Shown: positions 14,901-26,606, numbered from the stretch's first letter. The stretch: 64,000 nt of DNA from an uncultured Planctomycetota bacterium (GCA_963823665.1 CAWGMQ010000005.1:640001-704000), one strand, 5' to 3'. Notes: generated by a model not told the origin, from the letters alone. Made by a program: numbers and translations.

Positions 14901-15942
14901 GACGGCGCCGGTCTCTCCGCTGGGACAGCGGTTCTTCGTGCGCACCTCCTACGCCACGGCGGTCGCAGCGCCGGCGACGATGGCCCCGGACCCGACACGC
15001 CAGCATCAGCCCGGCAACAACGAGCAGAGTGTTCACGCGATGTATGGCTACCTCTATGTCACGGACCGCGATGAGGGCTTGATCCTCGTGCCGGCCGGTA
15101 CACTCTTGGACGGCAACCCACTCAACAACTTTCTCGGCCGCGAGCTCACCTTTAACCCCGACAAGATCCTGAGCGGCGCTCGGGCCATCACGATCGTGGG
15201 AACCTTCGCGTTTATCTCCTGCAACGCCGGCATCGTCGTCGTGTCGCTCGATGACCCGAAGCACCCCGTGGTAACGTCCGTGCTCGGCGAGCCGTTTCTG
15301 AACCATCCACGCGCAATCCAGGCCCAGTTTCGCTATGCCTATGCATGCGACGCCGAGGGGATCAAGATCCTCGATATCACCGACCTCGCGCACCCGCAGC
15401 CTGTGTCGAAGCTGCCGATGCGAGACGCTCGCGGCATCTATCTCGCACGGACCTACGCCTATGTTGCAGCCGGGGCCGAGGGGCTCGTCATCCTCGACAT
15501 TGAGCGTCCCGAGGAGCCCAGGATCGACCAGGTTTACACCGCCGACGGCTGCATCAACGACTTGAATGACGTGAAGCTCGGAATCACGTATGTTAGCGAG
15601 TTTGCCTATCTGGCTGATGGCGAGAACGGCCTGCGCGTCGTGCAGCTTACCTCGCCCGAGACGCCGGGGAACTTCGGCTTTAGCCCCCGGCCCACACCTC
15701 GCTTGATCGCCAGCTTCAAGCTGCCGCTGGGAGCCAAAGCACACGCCATTTCAAAAGGCGTCGACCGCGACCGTGCCGTCGACGAGTCTGGCAATCAGGT
15801 CGGTGTGTTTGGCCGGGTGGGCGCGCGGCCCTTGAACGCGGAAGAACAGCGCAAGATGTACATCCACAACGATCGCGTCTGGACCGTGAGCGACGACCCG
15901 CTCGATGCGGTCTACAAGCGTGTTGCGAACCCGCCGCGATAG
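11911..15942 (+). CDS. Large multiheme cytochrome c with C-terminal LVIVD-repeat beta-propeller (frameshifts near 12523 and 13257)
   Basis: Three overlapping ORFs join into one protein of about 1340 aa with a signal peptide. Heme motifs: CVACH, CVDCH, CGTTSCH, CTACH, CIVCH, CVDCH, CVDCH, CIACH, CFGCH, CTDCH. LVIVD-type repeats: YAYACDAEGIKILDI, YAYVAAGAEGLVILDI, FAYLADGENGLRVVQL. Confidence 0.85.
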
Positions 15943-15974
15943 GTCATCCGGTCAGTTCGTGCCGCGCCATCGAT

Positions 15975-16744
15975 TCAGAACTGATAGACCTCTCCCGGCC
16001 GGCCGATTCGCAGGCCCGGCATGTTCAGCGCGTGAAGCTCGGCCACAACCTGCTCATAGAAACGCGGCTTGATATGGACGGCGATGAATGGCACCGGCCG
16101 GGAAAGCTTGCGCGCCTCGGCAGCAAAGGTGGCGGGGGTCAGGTGTCCGGAGATCATCGCCAGCTCGGACATGGCGTCGGGAAACGACGCCTCCAGGAAG
16201 ACGGCCTTCAAATCGGGAGACGCGCTCGCCATCCGCCAGAACGAATCGGTCGGCCGCGTGTCGGAAGGAATCGCCACCATCACTCCAGGCGATTCGACCA
16301 GGAACCCCAGTGTCGGAACGACGTGATCAACGGCCAGCGGCGTGATCCGCAGACCGCCAGCCTCGACGGGACACTCCGGCTCGAGCGACTCGAGCCTCAC
16401 GAACGGTGTCCCTTTTCCGACATCTTGACGAAGTCGGGCCACACCCGATCGTTGAACACATCATGTCTCAAGCTTGCGAGCGTTGCCGCGCTGCCGTGAA
16501 CCGTGATGCAGCGCCCTCCCGATTGAAACACCGAGTCCAGCAAGATCGGTAGTGACGCGATGTGGTCAAGGTGACTGTGCGTGATGAAAATGTGCTCGAT
16601 TCGTTGCTGAGCCTGGAGATCGTCAATGAGCCCCAGGCCACCCGCGTCGATCGCGACGACTTCATCAATCAGGTAAGACGAGAGGAAAAACCCGGGATTT
16701 CCGCCCCCCACCGAGACGGCCGACGGAACGAGCGTGATCTTCAC
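15975..16744 (-). CDS. Class II (metallo-beta-lactamase fold) 3',5'-cyclic-nucleotide phosphodiesterase (frameshift near 16410)
   Basis: GTG start after GGAG. Motifs IDAG, ITHSHLDHIASL, FNDRVWPDF, VDHVVPTLGF, SDT, EASFP, GHLTP and VHIKP across ORFs 16397..16825 and 15975..16442. Confidence 0.85.
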
Positions 16745-17024
16745 CTCCGGCCTCCTCTCTGCCCCAGATACCAAAAACCGGCGGCGGATGGGCGGCCGAT
16801 TACGAAATTCGGTATCACGCAACACAACCCATTCTTACCAAACAATCTATCTTAGCACCACGTTTCGGCAACGAGGAGCGGCTCATCGGCGATTCAGTTC
16901 GGACTAATCGACAAAAATCTCGAATGGAGCTTCTGAAATCAATCGGATCGATCGATTGTATAGAATGGGATTGTGTCGCGCACGTCGCCCGTCTTCATTT
17001 GCGGATATCCGTGAGGCAAGGACC

Positions 17025-20000
17025 ATGGGTCATTGGAATGCCACGAACATTCGGAAGGCACGCCGGCTTACCAGGCCTGCGGCGAGCGACTCGATTCGCG
17101 AATTCTGCTCTCGGGCGTCACGGCGATCGTGACGACGACCCTGGACCTGTCAACAATTGGCGGCACGCTACGGGACGCGATTCTGGCCGTCGATTCGAGC
17201 ACGGGGACTCCCAATTCAATCGTTTTCAAAATTCCGAAGTCGGACCCTGGGTACAACCCTTCGACCGGAGCGTTTACGATCAGTCCGTTAACGGAATTGC
17301 CGCAGATCACCAATCCGGTGCTAATCGACGGCACAACCGAGTCGAGTTTCCTCGGTGAGCCAGCCCTTGTCGTGATCGACGGCAATCAGATCAAAGGTTC
17401 CGCCGACGGACTGACGGTGGCTCCGTCCGCGCCGGGAAGCACGATCGACGGCCTCGAGATCGCCAGTTTCGACGGTTCCGGAATCGTCATCGAGTCGGCG
17501 AATAACACCGTCGGCGGCACGGCTTCAAACACTGGCAACATCCTCGTCTCCAACACCACCGCCGGCGTTTCGATCGCGCCAAGCGGCCAAGTTCCAGGCG
17601 CGGCCTCGCACAACCTCATTCTCGGCAACTTGATCGGCACGGATTCAAGCGGCGCCAGCCTCGGCAACGGTGTCGGTATCATCATCGATAGTCCAAACAA
17701 TACCGTTGGTGGAAGTACATCGGCGGGGGCCAACGTCATCGGCTTCAACAACTCGGCCGGCGTTGAAATCACCGGCACGAATGCAATCGACAACTTTCTG
17801 CTCGGGAATTTCATCGGAACCAATGCGAGTGGTGCCAACATGGGCAGTCCGGTCGGCGTGGTCCTCGGCAGCGGTGGCAACACGATCGGCGGGAGCTTCT
17901 CCGGCGCGGGCAACGTTATCGGTCTCAGCACTGCAGAGGGCATAGAGATCACCGGCGCGGGTGCCACAAATGAAGTCGTACTTGGCAATCTCATCGGCAC
18001 CAATGCCAACGGTGCGAATTTGGGTAACGTGGTCGGATTGCTCGACAGCGCGGGCGGTAACACGATCGGCGGAACAACAGCCGGTGCGGCCAACATCTTC
18101 GGTTTCAACACTACGGCGGGCATGCAGATCGGCGGCACAAACGAAGTGGTCATCGGAAATCTCTTCGGCACCAACGTCAGTGGCGCGAATCTGGGCAACG
18201 TTGCCGGGTTGCTCCTCGAGTCAGGATCCAACACGATCGGAGGGAGTTCAGCCGGCACGGCCAATGTCTTCGGTTTCAACAACTCGGCGGGCGTCGCGAT
18301 CACGGGCGCCGGTGCAACAGCCAATGTCGTACTCGGCAACTTCATCGGCACCAATTCCAGCGCGGCCGATTTGAGCAATCGAATCGGCGTGGTGCTTAAC
18401 AACGCCGGGGCCGACAACACGATCGGAGGGAGTTCAGGCGGCACGGCCAATGTCTTCGGCTTCAACACGACGGCGGGCCTTCAGATTAGCGTGTCTCCCG
18501 ATCTTTCAGGCGGTATTACGAACGACACCGTAATCGGCAATCTGTTTGGAACCGACGCGAGCGGCGCCAAACTTGGCAATACCCTCGGCGTGCTCCTCGA
18601 TTCTGTGGGGGGTAACACGATAGGTGGAGCCTCCACCGGTGCAGCCAATGTCTTCGGTTTCAACACCACGGCGGGCCTCAAAATCACCGTCAATTCAGGC
18701 CGGGTTACGGTTCTAGAGAGAAACACCGTGATCGGCAATCTGTTCGGCACCGATGCCAGCGGCGAGAACCTGGGCAACACGGTCGGCATACTCGACGACT
18801 GGGGAGGAAACACGATCGGAGGAACCTCAGCCGGCGCTTCAAATGTCTTCGGCTTCAACAGCACGGCCGGACTTCAGATCGACCTCGGAGGCGACGTCGT
18901 CATCGGGAATCTCTTCGGCACAAATCCCAGTGACGTGAATATGGGCAACGCGGTCGGCGTGCTCGACAACTCGGGAAGCAACACGATCGGAGGAAATTCG
19001 GCCGGCGCTGCCAATGTCTTCGGCTTTAACAGCGCGGCGGGCTTTGAGATCGCCCGCGCGGGTGCAACAAATGATGTCGTCATCGGGAATCTCTTCGGCA
19101 CCAATGCCAGTCGTGCCGACCTCGGCAATGCCGTCGGCGTAAACGTGACGGGCAGCGGAAATACGATTGGCGGCACAACGAGCGGCGCGGCCAACGTCTT
19201 CGGTTTCAACACCACCGCCGCACTTCTGATCACTGGTACGGGCGCCACGGCCAACGTCGTGCTCGGAAACTTCTTCGGGAGCGACGCCAAGGGCGCTAAT
19301 CTGGCCAACTCCATCGGTCTACTGCTCGGCAGCTCGGGGAACACGATTGGCGGGGCAACTCCCGGCGCGGCCAACATCTTCGGATTCAATACCTCCTCGG
19401 GGCTCGATACGACTGGCGCCGGTGCAACCGCCAACCTGATTCTCGGCAATCTGTTCGGCACCAACCCGTCCGGGGCCAATCTCGGCAATGCCGTCGGCTT
19501 GAACATCGGCAGCGCGGCGAATACGGTCGGCGGCAGCGCTCCTGGCGCCGGCAACACATTCGCATTCAACAACTCGGCGGGAGTGGTGATCGCCGGCACG
19601 GACGCGACCGGAAACGTCTTGCTCGGGAACCTGATCGGCACGAACTCGTCCGGGGCGAATCTCGGCAACGCAACCGGCGTGGTCATCGGCAGCGCGGCGA
19701 ATACGATCGGCGGCAGCACTTCTGGTTCTGGCAATCTGATCAGCCAGAACGAGACGGCGGGCATCGACTTCACCGGGTCTGGAGCAAGCGCCAATGTGGT
19801 TCTCGGCAACCTCATCGGCACGGACAGTACGGGTCAGCTCGCGCTTGGCAACGACATTGGCGTGCTGATAGGCGGCGGCACGGCCAATGTGATCGGCGGA
19901 ATGGCCTCGGGCGCTGCCAATGTCATCTCCGGCAACTTGACCGCGGGGATCGAGATCACCGGCGCCACAGTGAGTGGAACTCAGATCACCGGCAACCGAA

Positions 20001-20856
20001 TCGGCACGAACGCGTCCGGAACAAGTCCGGTCGTGCGTGCGAATCAGCCCCCCTCTCTGCGCTCCAGAACACCGGGGTCGTGATCATCGGATCCACCGGC
20101 AACGTCATCGGGGGAACGAGCCCCTTGGCCGGTAACCTCATTTCCGGGAATTACGTCGGCGTGACGCTCGCCACGATCGCCGGGGCCGACAACCCCAACC
20201 AAGTCGCAGGAAACCTGATCGGAACCGACGCCTCCGGCGTCAACGCGCTGGGGAACATCGTCGGGATCTACATCAACGGCGCGGCGGGAAACCAGATCGG
20301 CATGCCGGGCTCGCCGAATACCGTCTCGGGCAACAGCTCGGTCGGGGTTGAGATTTACGGGAACGGCTCGACAGCAAATGTGCTCGAAGCGAACATCATC
20401 GGCCTCGCCTCTGATGGCACCACAGCCTTGCGCAAGCCGAATGGTCAATTCGTTCAGCCGACAGGTGTCTTCATTTTGAACGCATCCCGCAACACGATCG
20501 GCGGGCTGACGGGCGCCCAAGGCAACGTCATTTCGGGCAATCAAAACGCGGCAGTCTACATTTTCAGCCAGGCTGGTGTCTCGAGCGGAAATACCGTCCA
20601 GCACAATCTGGTAGGTCTGGCCTCGAGCGGCAGCGCCGGTCCTGGAAACAACGGTTACGGCGTTCTCTTTCTGAACGCGCCCAATAACCAGGCCGGCGTC
20701 ACCGGTCCCACGGCCAACCGGTTCGGCCGCAACCGGATCGCGACTTTCCGGAGCTTGACAGGGCCGGCGCTGGCGGTCCAGGCCAAAACGGCCCAGGGCC
20801 GGGCTCGCCACTCCGCTCGAACCCAGCATTTTCGGACGCGGAAACTTTCGCACTGA
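17025..20856 (+). CDS. Secreted right-handed parallel beta-helix repeat protein with LEPR-xLL motif (frameshifts near 17080 and 20055)
   Basis: MGHWNATNIRKARRLTRPAA joins ERLDSRILLS, followed by GTLRDAILA. About 17 Asn/Gly-rich repeats of 55-60 aa (NTIGG...ANVFGFN...GNLFGTN.SGANLGN). Confidence 0.82.
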
Positions 20857-21006
20857 AATGGTCGTCATGGTTGTTCGGCCGGCTGCTCTCTTCGTCGTCG
20901 CCGGGCCGGTGTCGGCGCAGCAACGATGATGGTGCGAAGACCCGGAAATACCTCAGGCAAACGTGATCTGCCGGTGAAAGCGTGTCACAGGATCACGATC
21001 CGGAAC

Positions 21007-22458
21007 TCAATACCCACCCAGCACCGGCGGCGTCGCCAGTTGCGGCCTGCGCCTCGGACCAAAGAAGTAATTGATGAAGGCCATCGCCTCGAAGTCGAAC
21101 GGCTTGGGACTGGTCACCGGGGTCACCACTCCGAATGTGATCAGAGTACGCTCAAATATTCCGATGTTAATTCCGTAGGTGAGGTTCACAATGTCGGTCA
21201 TGCCGGTCGGGTCGCGAAGGCTGTAAGGATCGCGATGGTTGAGCGGATCGGTGACGTGCACTTCAAACGTCGGCGCGATCATCGAAATAAGCGGTGCGGA
21301 CAAGGCATTGGGATCGGGCCGCAGGATGAAGTAGCCCAGCCCGAAATCGTTATACAGCAGGACGGGGTCCGAGCCAGTGGTCGTCACATCCACGATGGTG
21401 AAACCGTGGAAGTAGAGCCTGCCGGTATTGTAAATATAGCCGATGAACGGCTGGAAGCTGGTGCCATGAGGTGACGGGGCAAAGGTATCAAAGCCCGCGA
21501 ACCGGCCCGGGCCGGTCGGCGCGGTGACTGCAAGCCCGGTCGAGAGCAGGCTGCCCGTCTCGCGGTTTTCGAGAAGCACGTATTTTCCATAAATGCTCAT
21601 GTCGCCGACGGCCGTACTCGTGCCGCCGAAGTTTCCGGAGGCACGCGCCGAGGCTGTGTTCGCGGTGACCGAATCCAGCGGCACGCGAAAACCGACCGAG
21701 CCCTGGCCGTCCAGGAACGTCTTCTCGAAGCCGCCGATGTACCGGAACACCTGGGTGTAGCCGATCGGCGCCTGCAATCGTGTGTTGACCGGGTCATTCA
21801 CGCCCTGAAAATAGTTGAACGTGAAATACACGCGGTCTTGCGGGCGAGGAGACTGATCTTCGCTGATCTTGATATCCCGGATCGACGGAATCACCAAAGA
21901 AGCGCCTCGCGACCCGGGAACTCCGGGGGGCTTGGGCGGCGGGAACGGCGGCGGCAGACCGCCGCCACTCGCAGCCGTGTGCACCATGCTCAATCGCGGG
22001 ATCGGCCCGAGGTCTCCGATCATCTGTGGAACGCCGCCCCAGGAGGCCGACGCCAGCGATCCGTAAGTCCCGGGTGCGGCCGCGAAGGGCGACGCGTCGA
22101 GCTCGCTCGCTAACGATCGTTCCAGCTCCGCGCGGAGGTCGGACGACGCCGGACCGGTCGTGGGGGGCCTTGGTTGTACGACGGGTGCAGCCGGCGCGGT
22201 TGTTGGAGACGTCGCCGGTGGGCGTGGCTGCGTTGTCGTCCGCGGAGTCGTGGCCGGCGCCTGCGCTGGCCTCGTTCCCGGCTGAGCGGGCCTCGTCGTT
22301 GGAGTCTGCTCCGGCACGGGCCGTGACTGAGCCGGGTCCGAGTCTGCGCGAGTGCCAGGTTGGTTAGCATCGTCCTGCGCGCCCCAAGACCCGATTGCTC
22401 GGTCGTGGAAAACGACGAAGCTAACAATCCCGGCAGCGACCACCCTCGCCCACCTCAC
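21007..22458 (-). CDS. Secreted hypothetical protein, Pro/Thr-rich N-region and probable beta-barrel C-region
   Basis: 483-aa ORF with a signal-like N-terminus and a low-complexity linker. Then KISEDQSPRPQDRVYFTFNYF, GFEKTFLDG, GDMSIYGKY and a final strand FEAMAFINYFF. Confidence 0.6.
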   Translation of the reverse strand: MRWARVVAAGIVSFVVFHDRAIGSWGAQDDANQPGTRADSDPAQSRPVPEQTPTTRPAQPGTRPAQAPATTPRTTTQPRPPATSPTTAPAAPVVQPRPPTTGPASSDLRAELERSLASELDASPFAAAPGTYGSLASASWGGVPQMIGDLGPIPRLSMVHTAASGGGLPPPFPPPKPPGVPGSRGASLVIPSIRDIKISEDQSPRPQDRVYFTFNYFQGVNDPVNTRLQAPIGYTQVFRYIGGFEKTFLDGQGSVGFRVPLDSVTANTASARASGNFGGTSTAVGDMSIYGKYVLLENRETGSLLSTGLAVTAPTGPGRFAGFDTFAPSPHGTSFQPFIGYIYNTGRLYFHGFTIVDVTTTGSDPVLLYNDFGLGYFILRPDPNALSAPLISMIAPTFEVHVTDPLNHRDPYSLRDPTGMTDIVNLTYGINIGIFERTLITFGVVTPVTSPKPFDFEAMAFINYFFGPRRRPQLATPPVLGGY

Positions 22459-22611
22459 CGGTCTCTCCGATCTGCGGAAACCATCGACCCAGCACGTCCG
22501 GCGGACCGCGACGGCACAGCGATGACGGCAATTCCGCTCTATCTGATGAATTCGTCACTTTCGTTGGATTTCCTTAAGTCGTTAGCTTGAGCAAGAAGAG
22601 AAAAGTGTTAC

Positions 22612-25600
22612 TCAGCCTACGTGTACAGAATCGTCCACGGATTCTCTTAATTTCTTGAAATCATCCCGCTCGCGGAGAGGAGCGAAATCCTTGAGATCAA
22701 GCGAGGTCCTCGAGCTGATGACCTTAGTCTGTACGGCTTTGCGAAGTACACCCACGGCTCTGGCCAGACCGTCTTCCATCTGTTTTCGCCCTTCCGGCGT
22801 GTCGGCGGCTGCCTGGGCGCACGTGATCAATTTAGCGGCCGAATAAACATAGAACCGCGGTTCGTTCGGATGGAACGAGGGAATTCCCTCGGCGGCGACC
22901 ATGGCGTCGGTGAGGCGACCAGCGTCGATGAGTGCTTGCACCAGGAGCGCGCGATTGTCGAGCACAAACTTGAGCACCATCTCCACACCGGGCCTGGCGT
23001 TCAGGACGTCTTTGAACAAGCTGTCAGCCTTCTCCGCCTCGATAGCTGCTTCGGGCGGCTTCGAGTTGATAAGAAGCAAACCAAGCTGGTAGTGGTCCCG
23101 GCCCAGGTCGAGCTGGTACTCCGCGACGCCGGGATATTGCGTACAGAGAGCCGAGTGCTGTTCCAGGGCTTTCCGCAAAGACACTTCGGCATCGGCCGGC
23201 GCCGTTGCGCCGAGGATGCTTCCCAGCGCCGCCTGCGAGAGTGCAAGCTTCATCCGGTACGCCGGCAATTCCGGATAGCGGATCTTCAGCGCTTCAAGAA
23301 GGCGGGTTGATTCCTTCAATGAATTGGCAGCCAGGTCGGGCTTTTTCGTGTTCATCGCCAACAGGCCGAGGTTGTACTCGACCGTTGCAAGCTCGAGCGC
23401 ATACTGCGCGACTGAAGGAAATTCAGCGGTGAGTTTGCGAAGCAGGCCCTCCGCGCGCGTGAGCTGCGCACCCGCCTCCTCGTAGCTCCGTCTGTTCTGG
23501 AGCAACAGCGAACCGAGATTGCCGGAGACACGAGCAACCTGCCACCGCACCGCCGGCAACGCGTCCGGACCTTCAAGCGCAGGCTTGAGCAAGTCGAGCG
23601 TCGCTAGCAGCGTTGCCTCGGATTCCGCCGAGCTGCCCAGCGCTCGCTGCAAGATCGCCAGGTTGTTTCGAAATCGAACAAGCTTGGTCCGAAATTCAGG
23701 CCGATCGCCGAATTGCTTCACCAGAGCTTCTTGACCCTCGAGCGCGGCACGATAGGCTTCGACGTCCGCGGGCGTGCCCGACCCACGGCGAGCCAGGAGC
23801 GCACCCAACTGGTAGCGGCTGTCGACCAGCGCCTGCTTGTCTTCCACACTCGCGTCCGGCACATTCGCGATCTCTTCCCGCAGCTTGATCGCTTCTCGTA
23901 GTTTCGCTTCGCCTTCTTGAAAACGATTGCCGTCCTTGAGCAGCACGCCCAGCCCGTGCAGGTCACGCGCCAGATCGCGGCGGACTCCTGCGTTCGACCC
24001 AACTTCCTTCGAGAGGTTTTCAAGCTCTCCGCCAGCCGTGCGATAGGAAGCTTCGGCCCGCGGCGCATCGCCCTGAAGTGCCTGAATATCACCCAGTCGC
24101 ACCTGCGCCCGCACTGCTCCCCAGCGAACCTGCGGATCATCTCCCTCGTCGACCAGGAATTGCTCGTAACCGGCCCGTGCCTTCTCGAGCAAGCGCTGCC
24201 GCACCGGCTCCATCTGCGGGATATCCGCCAGATCGACGTCGGCAACTTCTCCCAGCAACCCATCGGCAGCATCCTGCGCAAGGCGCAAATTGTGCAAGGC
24301 GCGGGTCGCATTCGTAGTGGCAATCTTTCGCTGGGCGTCGGTTTTCCCGCGCTCGCGTTCAATCAGCACCACACCCACGGTCAGGCCGATCACGGTGGCC
24401 ACCAGTAACGCCGCTGCGCTTGTCGCCAGCGTGCGGTGACGCCGGCCCCAGCGCGTCATTCGAACGGCCAGGGGATCGCGATGGACCGACACCGGCTCAT
24501 CCACGATCCATCGGCGCACGTCCTCGGCAAGGTCTTCCACGCGGGGATAACGATTCGCGGGTTCAAGTGCCATTGCCTTCGAGCAAACGGCCTCGAGAGC
24601 GCGCGGAACTGTCGGGTCGATCTCACGCGCCTTGGGCAAGTGACCCGCCTGGATCTTGCTGAAGACGTCCACCACCGACGATCCGCTCACCGGCGGTTGC
24701 CCCGTCAAGATCTCGAAGAGAATCGCTCCCAGGCCATACACGTCCGTCCGCGTGCCGATCCGGTCGTTATCGGCGGCGGCCTGCTCGGGCGCCATGTACG
24801 CCGGCGTGCCCACCTGGCCGACCGTCTGCTTGGTCTCGGCCTCGGCGGAGACCGAAATCCGCGGCTCCGTTCCTGCCGGGTCAGACTGTCCCACCACCTT
24901 GGCGAGGCCCCAGTCGAGCAAGACCACTTCGCCATACGCGCCCAGCACCACGTTTTCAGGCTTCAGATCGCGATGGATCACCCAGCGCGAGTGGGCATAC
25001 GCCACCGCCTGACAGACCTTCACGAACGGCTCCAGCAACTGCCGCTGAAGCTCGAGGCGATTCGCGGGCTTGCCGCCCCGCCGACGATGGAATTCGGCGA
25101 TCGAGAGCCGCAGGTTCTGCCCCCGCAGAAACCGCATCGTATAGAACGGCTGATCGTCTTCTTTTCGTCGCGCCAGCTCGTACACCGGCACGATGTTGGG
25201 ATGCTCGAGCTGGCCGGTGATCTGAGCTTCCTTCAAGAATCTGCGCCACGAATCGGGATTGGGCTCCGTCGACGACTTGATCTCTTTGAGTGCAACGTCG
25301 CGATTCAAATCGGTGTCGTGGGCGATCCAGATCTTGCCCAACCCTCCTTCCGCATGCAACCGCGTGAGGGTGTAACGCAGCGAATCGCGCTGTGCCGGCG
25401 GGGGCACGAGCGTCTCCACCAGCACGTGGCCGCGGGCCGGCGGCAATGCATGGATCGAGTGACGAATCTGCGGGTTCTTGATCGCTCCCAGAACATCACG
25501 CGCTTCAATCGGGGCTGCGGCCCCCAACGTCGCGCGCACGTCACCTTGGTTCTTCTTGAGCTTGCGTTCGATTTTCCGCTCAACGTCGCTACGGTCCCTG

Positions 25601-25764
25601 TCCGTGATCCATTTGCGTTCGATCAACAGATCAGCCAGCGGCCGATCGAGCCGCATGGCCCAGCCGGCGCACACGTCGGCAAACTGCGTCCGGTCGATCA
25701 AGTCATCTTGAAGCGCGATTACGGCAAAGAGCAAATTCCGATCGACATCAACATTTGACGACAT
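22612..25764 (-). CDS. Hanks-type Ser/Thr protein kinase with TM segment and TPR-like helical C-terminus
   Basis: Motifs HAEGGLGKIW, VALKEI, EAQITGQLEHPNIVPVY, HRDLKPEN, DWGLAK, GTPAYMAPEQ and DVYGLGAIL. TM segment AALLVATVIGLTVGVVLI. Confidence 0.93.
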   Translation of the reverse strand: MSSNVDVDRNLLFAVIALQDDLIDRTQFADVCAGWAMRLDRPLADLLIERKWITDRDRSDVERKIERKLKKNQGDVRATLGAAAPIEARDVLGAIKNPQIRHSIHALPPARGHVLVETLVPPPAQRDSLRYTLTRLHAEGGLGKIWIAHDTDLNRDVALKEIKSSTEPNPDSWRRFLKEAQITGQLEHPNIVPVYELARRKEDDQPFYTMRFLRGQNLRLSIAEFHRRRGGKPANRLELQRQLLEPFVKVCQAVAYAHSRWVIHRDLKPENVVLGAYGEVVLLDWGLAKVVGQSDPAGTEPRISVSAEAETKQTVGQVGTPAYMAPEQAAADNDRIGTRTDVYGLGAILFEILTGQPPVSGSSVVDVFSKIQAGHLPKAREIDPTVPRALEAVCSKAMALEPANRYPRVEDLAEDVRRWIVDEPVSVHRDPLAVRMTRWGRRHRTLATSAAALLVATVIGLTVGVVLIERERGKTDAQRKIATTNATRALHNLRLAQDAADGLLGEVADVDLADIPQMEPVRQRLLEKARAGYEQFLVDEGDDPQVRWGAVRAQVRLGDIQALQGDAPRAEASYRTAGGELENLSKEVGSNAGVRRDLARDLHGLGVLLKDGNRFQEGEAKLREAIKLREEIANVPDASVEDKQALVDSRYQLGALLARRGSGTPADVEAYRAALEGQEALVKQFGDRPEFRTKLVRFRNNLAILQRALGSSAESEATLLATLDLLKPALEGPDALPAVRWQVARVSGNLGSLLLQNRRSYEEAGAQLTRAEGLLRKLTAEFPSVAQYALELATVEYNLGLLAMNTKKPDLAANSLKESTRLLEALKIRYPELPAYRMKLALSQAALGSILGATAPADAEVSLRKALEQHSALCTQYPGVAEYQLDLGRDHYQLGLLLINSKPPEAAIEAEKADSLFKDVLNARPGVEMVLKFVLDNRALLVQALIDAGRLTDAMVAAEGIPSFHPNEPRFYVYSAAKLITCAQAAADTPEGRKQMEDGLARAVGVLRKAVQTKVISSRTSLDLKDFAPLRERDDFKKLRESVDDSVHVG

Positions 25765-26606
25765 AGCACCAACCTCTGGAAGACTGCCGATCCGAGTCGG
25801 AAGAAGACCCATCCGTACTCTACGCTTACGGCGAAGCGAATGGGACTTGATGAGACTGAATCAGACGCCTTCGACCGGCTGGTGTACAAATTCCGGGTTT
25901 TGCGATGGCAGAGTTCGTCGTTCGCTGCCACGCCCCTTTTCGGCCCGCTGGAAACGCGTCTTGATCATCTAAATGGGACTAGTTGACCCTAAAAAAGTCC
26001 CATTTTGCTTGCTGCCTTGGACCCGTCCGATGGCTGGCCGGAACACCATGAAACAGCACGGAAATGCTGATAGTCAAAGAGGATAACGCCAAGAGTTCCG
26101 CTCGACGATCCGTCGGTCCACCGGGTGAGAACTCATGCTCACCGCGGTCCACACCTGTCCCACGCCCCGCCCGGCCCAAACTCGAGTACATTTCATCCCG
26201 CACGGTCCGCCATCGGGCCTGAAAGGCCATTAGAAAAACAGCCCAGGCATCGCCCTGGGTTTGCGGTCCGGTTCCAGAGAGGTGGGTGGCTCACCCCTTG
26301 CCCCGACGCCGGTGTCGGTGATCGAGATTGAGCTATACATATTATGGAGCAACTTTCGCGATTCGGCCATTTGACCGGCCAGAAAAGCTCGGATTTTTAT
26401 TCCGATCGCAACGAATCCAACGATCAACGCGACTGCGGCCCCAGAATCGAACACGACGCCGGCAAAAAGCCCGCAAAAACGCCCGTCGCGATTCCCGCAT
26501 CCAGTTGGCCCATTCCGACCAGCATGGCTCGCATTCGGCTCCTCGCCGTCACGCTTGATTCGCTGGCCTCTCAACTCACGAAGCCGCCGAGGCGTTCTCA
26601 CCCGAT

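Noticed and set aside
9954..15744. Long antisense ORFs (9954..12005 and 13471..15744, minus strand; likewise 53474..55285 plus strand)
   Set aside because: Shadow frames of GC-rich genes with no recognisable motifs.
11911..15942. Hydroxylamine or hydrazine oxidoreductase, or NrfA
   Set aside because: No CxxCK motif, and heme spacing plus the LVIVD propeller do not fit these families as far as I can judge by eye.
17500..20000. DNA repeat array or diversity-generating retroelement target
   Set aside because: The repeats are in-frame protein repeats with synonymous variation. No reverse transcriptase or adenine-specific variation is seen.
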